A DNA stretch of 64,000 nucleotides from a virus. Its lineage: Duplodnaviria > Heunggongvirae > Uroviricota > Caudoviricetes. The notes below the pieces were generated by a model that saw only the letters and a program-made list of their open reading frames with translations, did not search any database and was not told the origin of the DNA. The stretch is from IMG/VR virus record IMGVR_UViG_3300042922_001018; one strand, written 5' to 3'. This document shows, one piece after another, positions 58,770 through 64,000 of the stretch; position 1 is the stretch's first letter, and each line of letters opens with the position of its first letter. Both the position numbers and the translations under genes were made by a program.

Positions 58770-59764
58770 GACAGGAGAGCCTCGGCCTTTCGCTGCTTCT
58801 GCGTGAAGACAGTTGCCGCACGGGTCGCTTCGAGTCCATCACGCAACGCACTCGAACGGGTCGCGTATCCATTCTTCGCGAGGGACTCGATTTCCTCCTG
58901 GTACGGTCCGCTCCACTCGTCGCCCGAGAGGGAGCGGGCTACGGCGATGGCCTCTGCGTCCGTTGGCGCTACCGTCGTACGCTTCGGTGAGTCGGCGATT
59001 GCACCTGCGTCCAGCCCTTCAGCGTCCTTCAGGGCGGTCCAGCGGTCGCTTGCAACAACGGCCTCATCGAGCTGTTCGCGAAGGTCCGCGTATGCGTAAG
59101 GGCTGCCGTACGTTCCGGGGTCGTGCTCGTTGACGAACTTGATGAACTGCATACGGTCTTCTGACGTGTTCGCGACCAGGGAAGGGGAGAACTCTTCCGG
59201 CTTGTACGTCGTCGAGAACTCCAGCATGACGCTGTTCCAGCTCTCCCCGTTGTCGATAATCTCGGCACCGAACCGGTCCCGGAAGAACTTCTCGACGATG
59301 GGGTAGGCGTCATCGAGTTCGTCGGGCGTGAAGTCATCAGCCCAGAGCATGTCCTCGTAGTAGTTTCCGGTGAGGAGGATGTCACCGTCGTCTGTGAGAC
59401 GCGCATACGGGTTGGTCATCTCGCCACCGGAAGGCTCCCACTCGACATCGCTCAGGTCCATGTCGTAGCCGTCTTCGCTGGGAAGGTCGAAACGCTTCTC
59501 CTTGAACTGTGTCGGTAGGCCCCAATCGCGCTCCCCACCCTCGCGCATGTTCTCGATGACTTCGTCCAGAGTCTCGCGCGGTTCGGTGGCCGGGATACCG
59601 AGTTGGGCGCGAATGCCTTCCTCAGTGAAGGTGTCCCCCTGGTAACGGTACAGCGTGTTCTCGTTCGTCGGAGGGGAAGTCAGCTCGAACTCGGGAGCGG
59701 CGCCAAGCTTCTCAGCGAAGGTTCCGTCAGTCGCGCGCGGGTGGTCGGTCTCAGAGAAAGTCAT
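58745..59764 (-). CDS. PR..DG.F..PE-tagged protein 5 (acidic)
   Basis: DHPRATDGTFAEKLGAAPEFEL; GCCTACA-N7-ATG. Confidence 0.82.
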   Translation of the reverse strand: MTFSETDHPRATDGTFAEKLGAAPEFELTSPPTNENTLYRYQGDTFTEEGIRAQLGIPATEPRETLDEVIENMREGGERDWGLPTQFKEKRFDLPSEDGYDMDLSDVEWEPSGGEMTNPYARLTDDGDILLTGNYYEDMLWADDFTPDELDDAYPIVEKFFRDRFGAEIIDNGESWNSVMLEFSTTYKPEEFSPSLVANTSEDRMQFIKFVNEHDPGTYGSPYAYADLREQLDEAVVASDRWTALKDAEGLDAGAIADSPKRTTVAPTDAEAIAVARSLSGDEWSGPYQEEIESLAKNGYATRSSALRDGLEATRAATVFTQKQRKAEALLSWLDSKDK

Positions 59765-59927
59765 GCCTGGATGTAGGCGGTGCCGCGAACTTCTAGAAGC
59801 GACAGATGCCCAGCGCGCGACTCAGTGACACAGAGTCCACAGCCGCCCATCTGTCAGGCAAGTCCACACTACGCACACTGCTCATAGGCTCGATGTAGAG
59901 CGTTGTGTCCTGCGCCCAGCCCGCCGG

Positions 59928-60482
59928 TCAGTTGAGTCGGTAGAGGTAGAACGTCTCATCGTCCGTCTCGATTTCAGTCTCTTCACCATCGTACTGCGCG
60001 AGGTACGGGCCACGGCCGTCTTCCTCGATGGCCCGTTCGACGAAACCTTCCGAGCCGCCATCGGCAAGACCATCGACCATCCGCTTGATGTTCTCCTGGT
60101 GCTTCTCGCCGCCGCCCGAGTCGTTCGCGAGCGCCAAGAACACGCTTACGTCGAGACCCGTCTCCTTAGCGAGAAATCCGCTACCCATGCTCCACATGTT
60201 CTCGTCGATGTAGAGCTTCGCGGCGTCCTGCGCCTGCTCTTCCGTACCGACCCCGTACTCAACTTCACGGCCGTCCGCGTCGATGGCTGTGAACGTGGGG
60301 AGGTGTTCGTAGTGCGTGTCGCCAGTCGAAGTGACGCCGCTGGCGTCGATACCCAGGTGTTCTGCCAATGCGACGCGAGCCTCAGAGGTCTCATCGTCCA
60401 GTTCCAGCTCGGGCGCAGCGCCCAGCTTCTCGGCGAACTTACCGTCAGTGGAACGTGGGTGCTCGGTCTCAGAGAAAGTCAT
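59928..60482 (-). CDS. PR..DG.F..PE-tagged protein 6 (acidic)
   Basis: EHPRSTDGKFAEKLGAAPELEL; paralog of next gene. Confidence 0.82.
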   Translation of the reverse strand: MTFSETEHPRSTDGKFAEKLGAAPELELDDETSEARVALAEHLGIDASGVTSTGDTHYEHLPTFTAIDADGREVEYGVGTEEQAQDAAKLYIDENMWSMGSGFLAKETGLDVSVFLALANDSGGGEKHQENIKRMVDGLADGGSEGFVERAIEEDGRGPYLAQYDGEETEIETDDETFYLYRLN

Positions 60483-60504
60483 GCCCGGATGTAGGCGGTC
60501 GCGG

Positions 60505-61044
60505 TCAGTTCAGCCGGTAGAGATAAAGAGTCTGGCCGTCTGCTGCCGCGATTTCGTTCTCCTCGAAATCGTATCCGGCGAGAAGCTGACCGCGACCGTT
60601 CTCCGCGATGAATCGCTTCCCCGCTCCCACTGAGCCACCATCAGCGTGCTCATCGAGCAGACGCGTGAGTTCCTCCAGGTTTTCAGTCCCCTCATCCGCC
60701 GTCTCGTCCAGCTCGGCGAACACCGCCTCGTCCAGACCTGTCTCTTTGGCGAGGTGGGAGTTGGTGAGCGCCCAGATGTTCTTCTGGAACGATTCTTCGG
60801 CCGCAGTCGTGGCCTGTCCATCCGTACCGATAGCGTATTCCTCCTCACCGACCCGGAACGTCGGAAGGTTGTCGTAGTGGACGTAGTCGTCTCCTACCAC
60901 ATCCGCTACGTCCACTTCGAGATGGTCGGCAAGCACAGAGCGGATAGCTTCAGTGTCGGCGATGCTTACCTCCGGTGCTGCGCCGAGCTTCTCAGCGAAC
61001 TTGCCATCGGATGCTCGCGGGTGCTCAGTATTGTCGAAGGTCAT
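60505..61044 (-). CDS. PR..DG.F..PE-tagged protein 7 (acidic)
   Basis: EHPRASDGKFAEKLGAAPEVSI; both paralogs end YLYRLN. Confidence 0.82.
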   Translation of the reverse strand: MTFDNTEHPRASDGKFAEKLGAAPEVSIADTEAIRSVLADHLEVDVADVVGDDYVHYDNLPTFRVGEEEYAIGTDGQATTAAEESFQKNIWALTNSHLAKETGLDEAVFAELDETADEGTENLEELTRLLDEHADGGSVGAGKRFIAENGRGQLLAGYDFEENEIAAADGQTLYLYRLN

Positions 61045-61107
61045 GAACCGCTGTAGGCGGTTGTAGGAACCCTACAACAGAAACCGGCCATCCTTGTACA
61101 CGTCAAA

Positions 61108-61157
61108 CAAGCCCGTGCAGAATAGTGCCAGCAGCGGCACTATTCTGCACGGGCTTG
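61108..61157. terminator. 22-bp perfect inverted repeat
   Basis: CAAGCCCGTGCAGAATAGTGCC / GGCACTATTCTGCACGGGCTTG. Confidence 0.72.
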
Positions 61158-61177
61158 TAGGAACCCTACAAGGAATC

Positions 61178-61687
61178 TCAGATGAGCTTGTCGGGAACGT
61201 ACAGGAAGACGGGGTCGCTCTCGAAAACGTCAGACGCGTGGAACCCGCCGTACGAGTTCGTGAACATGCAGTCGCCGAACTCTTCAGAGTCCAGGTTCAC
61301 GAAGCCGGGAGCGAACGTGAACGTGGACTCCGGCTCGGACTCGTGCTCGCGGATGTGGACGACCAGACCGATGGTCTGAGGGCCGGACTCGTTGACCATA
61401 GCGACAAGGTCGGGACGCTCAGAGGCCGGGAAGGTCTCGACGACCAGCTCCGGGTTGCGAGCGAGGATGAACTCCTCCGAGAAGACGTTGCCCTTGTCCT
61501 CGGGGTCGTCCACGTAGGCGGACGCCCAGACGGCCGAGTGAATCTCACCGTCGGTGTCGATGTGTCCGGGGATGAGAGTCGCGACGTGCATCATCGGCTC
61601 GTCATACGACTGCGGGTCCGTCAGGTAATCCTCGGGCTGCACGATGAACTTGACGACGGAGCCAGGGTTCGTGGGGAGCTTGTCCAT
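61178..61687 (-). CDS. acidic hypothetical protein
   Basis: 169 aa; leaderless promoter. Confidence 0.7.
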   Translation of the reverse strand: MDKLPTNPGSVVKFIVQPEDYLTDPQSYDEPMMHVATLIPGHIDTDGEIHSAVWASAYVDDPEDKGNVFSEEFILARNPELVVETFPASERPDLVAMVNESGPQTIGLVVHIREHESEPESTFTFAPGFVNLDSEEFGDCMFTNSYGGFHASDVFESDPVFLYVPDKLI

Positions 61688-61733
61688 ACCTCTACGGTAG
61701 CACCCCGGCTCCGTCGTGTCAAGCGCGTGGTAT

Positions 61734-62465
61734 TCAGCCGAACAGTTGCTCGTCCGTGGTGTAAAGGCGTACGTTGGTCGTGTATGTGCGCTCAGGCGGC
61801 GCCCATCCGCCTTCCGTCTTTCGGTTCCAGGCTTCAGCGATGTTCAGAGCGCCGTGGTAGGCAAGCGAAGCATCGCGTGTCCACTGGCCGTCTGGTGTGT
61901 GCAGAGCACCGTTAGGCGCTTCGATGAACACCTCGACACTCTGTTGTGGAGTTCCTACATTCGCTGTACGCACAGAGTATTCGAAAGGAGGCATCTCGCC
62001 ATTCGATACGGCTTCCTTCACCCGGTTCGTCACGCGCTGTCCCACAACATCAGCTCGCTCCCAGCCGTCGTACAAGGCTCCTACCTGAGTTACGCGGCCG
62101 TCCGCGCGGTCAAGTCGAACGGGCGGCGGCGGAACCGGACGGTCGTTCGAGAACCGGCCCAGAGCGATGCACACGGCCTGATGCATTGGGTCGTTCGGGG
62201 AAAGCTGGGAGCCTTCCTCGTCCACGACGTAAACGGCTTCCGGGGCCGCGCGCACCGCGTATGCCCGGTCGTCGAAAGTGCCGACGAACGAGCCATCACT
62301 ACGCCACATCACCCGGCCGAACAGCTCGTCGATAGTGTCCTCAGGGGCGACGTTGGCCGCAGAAGGCGCGGGCGGGAGAAGCGAAATCTCCGGAGTGGAG
62401 CCATGCTTCTCGGCGAACCGTCCGTCAGTTGCGCGGGGCTGGTTGAAGGAATCCCAGGTACTCAT
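61734..62465 (-). CDS. PR..DG.F..PE-tagged protein 8
   Basis: MSTWDSFNQPRATDGRFAEKHGSTPEISL; GCCTACA-N7-ATG. Confidence 0.82.
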   Translation of the reverse strand: MSTWDSFNQPRATDGRFAEKHGSTPEISLLPPAPSAANVAPEDTIDELFGRVMWRSDGSFVGTFDDRAYAVRAAPEAVYVVDEEGSQLSPNDPMHQAVCIALGRFSNDRPVPPPPVRLDRADGRVTQVGALYDGWERADVVGQRVTNRVKEAVSNGEMPPFEYSVRTANVGTPQQSVEVFIEAPNGALHTPDGQWTRDASLAYHGALNIAEAWNRKTEGGWAPPERTYTTNVRLYTTDEQLFG

Positions 62466-62484
62466 GTCTTCGTGTAGGCAGCGG

Positions 62485-63105
62485 TCAATACCAGCCGACA
62501 GACTGGGAATGGTCCCATGCCCCGCAAGGTGTCCCATACCGCGAACCGATGTACCCGAGACCCCACGAAATCTGAGTCGCCGGGTTAGTCTCCCAGTCTG
62601 CGCCCGCACTCGCCATCTTCGACCCTGGAAGAGCCTGGGGAATACCGTGCGCACCAGACGAGCTGTTGTGCGCGTTGATGTTCCAGCCGCTCTCCTTGTT
62701 CCACAACGCTACGAGGCAGCCAAGCTGGTCGCTGTCCCAACCGCGAGCAGCGACCTGCTCGGCAGCGATAGCCTGTGCTCCTTCGGGGTTGGAAGGTGCG
62801 GCCGGGTAGCTGCGAGGAGCGGACCCTCGAACTGGCTGTTTCTCCTCGACGGGCGGCGGGACAGGCTTCGGCTTCTCGATGACGACCACGCTGTACGAAT
62901 AGCGCTCTAGAGAGGTCTGCGCCGCATCCGCCGAGACAGTGAATGTCTGAACATCCGACATCTCGGTCGCGGTGCCGTCAGGAGCTACAGCGGCCCACGC
63001 CGGAGCGAAAGAGAGCGTAGCGACTGCCGCAGCCCCGATGAGACCGAGCGTTAGCGCGCGGGCGCGCCGAAGAACAGATGAACGCATGAGAAGCCGGAAG
63101 ACCAC
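62485..63105 (-). CDS. secreted lytic transglycosylase-like protein
   Basis: Signal peptide; LWNKESGWN..A.NSSSGAHGIPQALPG, YIGSRYG. Confidence 0.88.
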   Translation of the reverse strand: MVFRLLMRSSVLRRARALTLGLIGAAAVATLSFAPAWAAVAPDGTATEMSDVQTFTVSADAAQTSLERYSYSVVVIEKPKPVPPPVEEKQPVRGSAPRSYPAAPSNPEGAQAIAAEQVAARGWDSDQLGCLVALWNKESGWNINAHNSSSGAHGIPQALPGSKMASAGADWETNPATQISWGLGYIGSRYGTPCGAWDHSQSVGWY

Positions 63106-63116
63106 CTACCGGCGAG

Positions 63117-64000
<884 letters not shown>

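Overview
GC-rich, almost entirely minus-strand, gene-dense segment of a very large actinobacterial virus-like element (jumbo phage or phage-plasmid; no capsid, tail or terminase genes in the window, so the class is inferred from rIIA/rIIB, nrdF, rtcB, SNF2 and UvrD helicases and many small orphans). 1-17.9 kb: GGQ release-factor-like gene running off the left edge, rIIB/rIIA, tandem dNTP diphosphohydrolase, UvrD, a degenerate C5-methyltransferase, macrodomain, histidine phosphatase, NTP transferase and four paralogous lipoproteins. 17.9-37 kb: an RNA island with 48 hand-folded canonical tRNAs covering all 20 amino acids, a tmRNA, an RNase P RNA with an atypical specificity domain, 4-5 circularly permuted YrlA/Y-RNA-like tRNA mimics, about a dozen tRNA-like RNAs with abnormal or missing anticodon arms, and further large structured spacers, one resembling the 23S rRNA L11-binding site. 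37-64 kb: eight mostly unrelated proteins share a 25-30-aa N-terminal tag (PR-x-x-DG-x-F-x-EK-x-G-x-x-PE-x-x-L); six of them have an exactly spaced GCCTACA-N7-ATG upstream motif that also precedes a three-gene VirB2/VirB3/VirB6-like membrane operon. This tag + promoter + membrane module and the RNA island are the best candidates for undescribed systems. All calls are by eye; no database searches were run.
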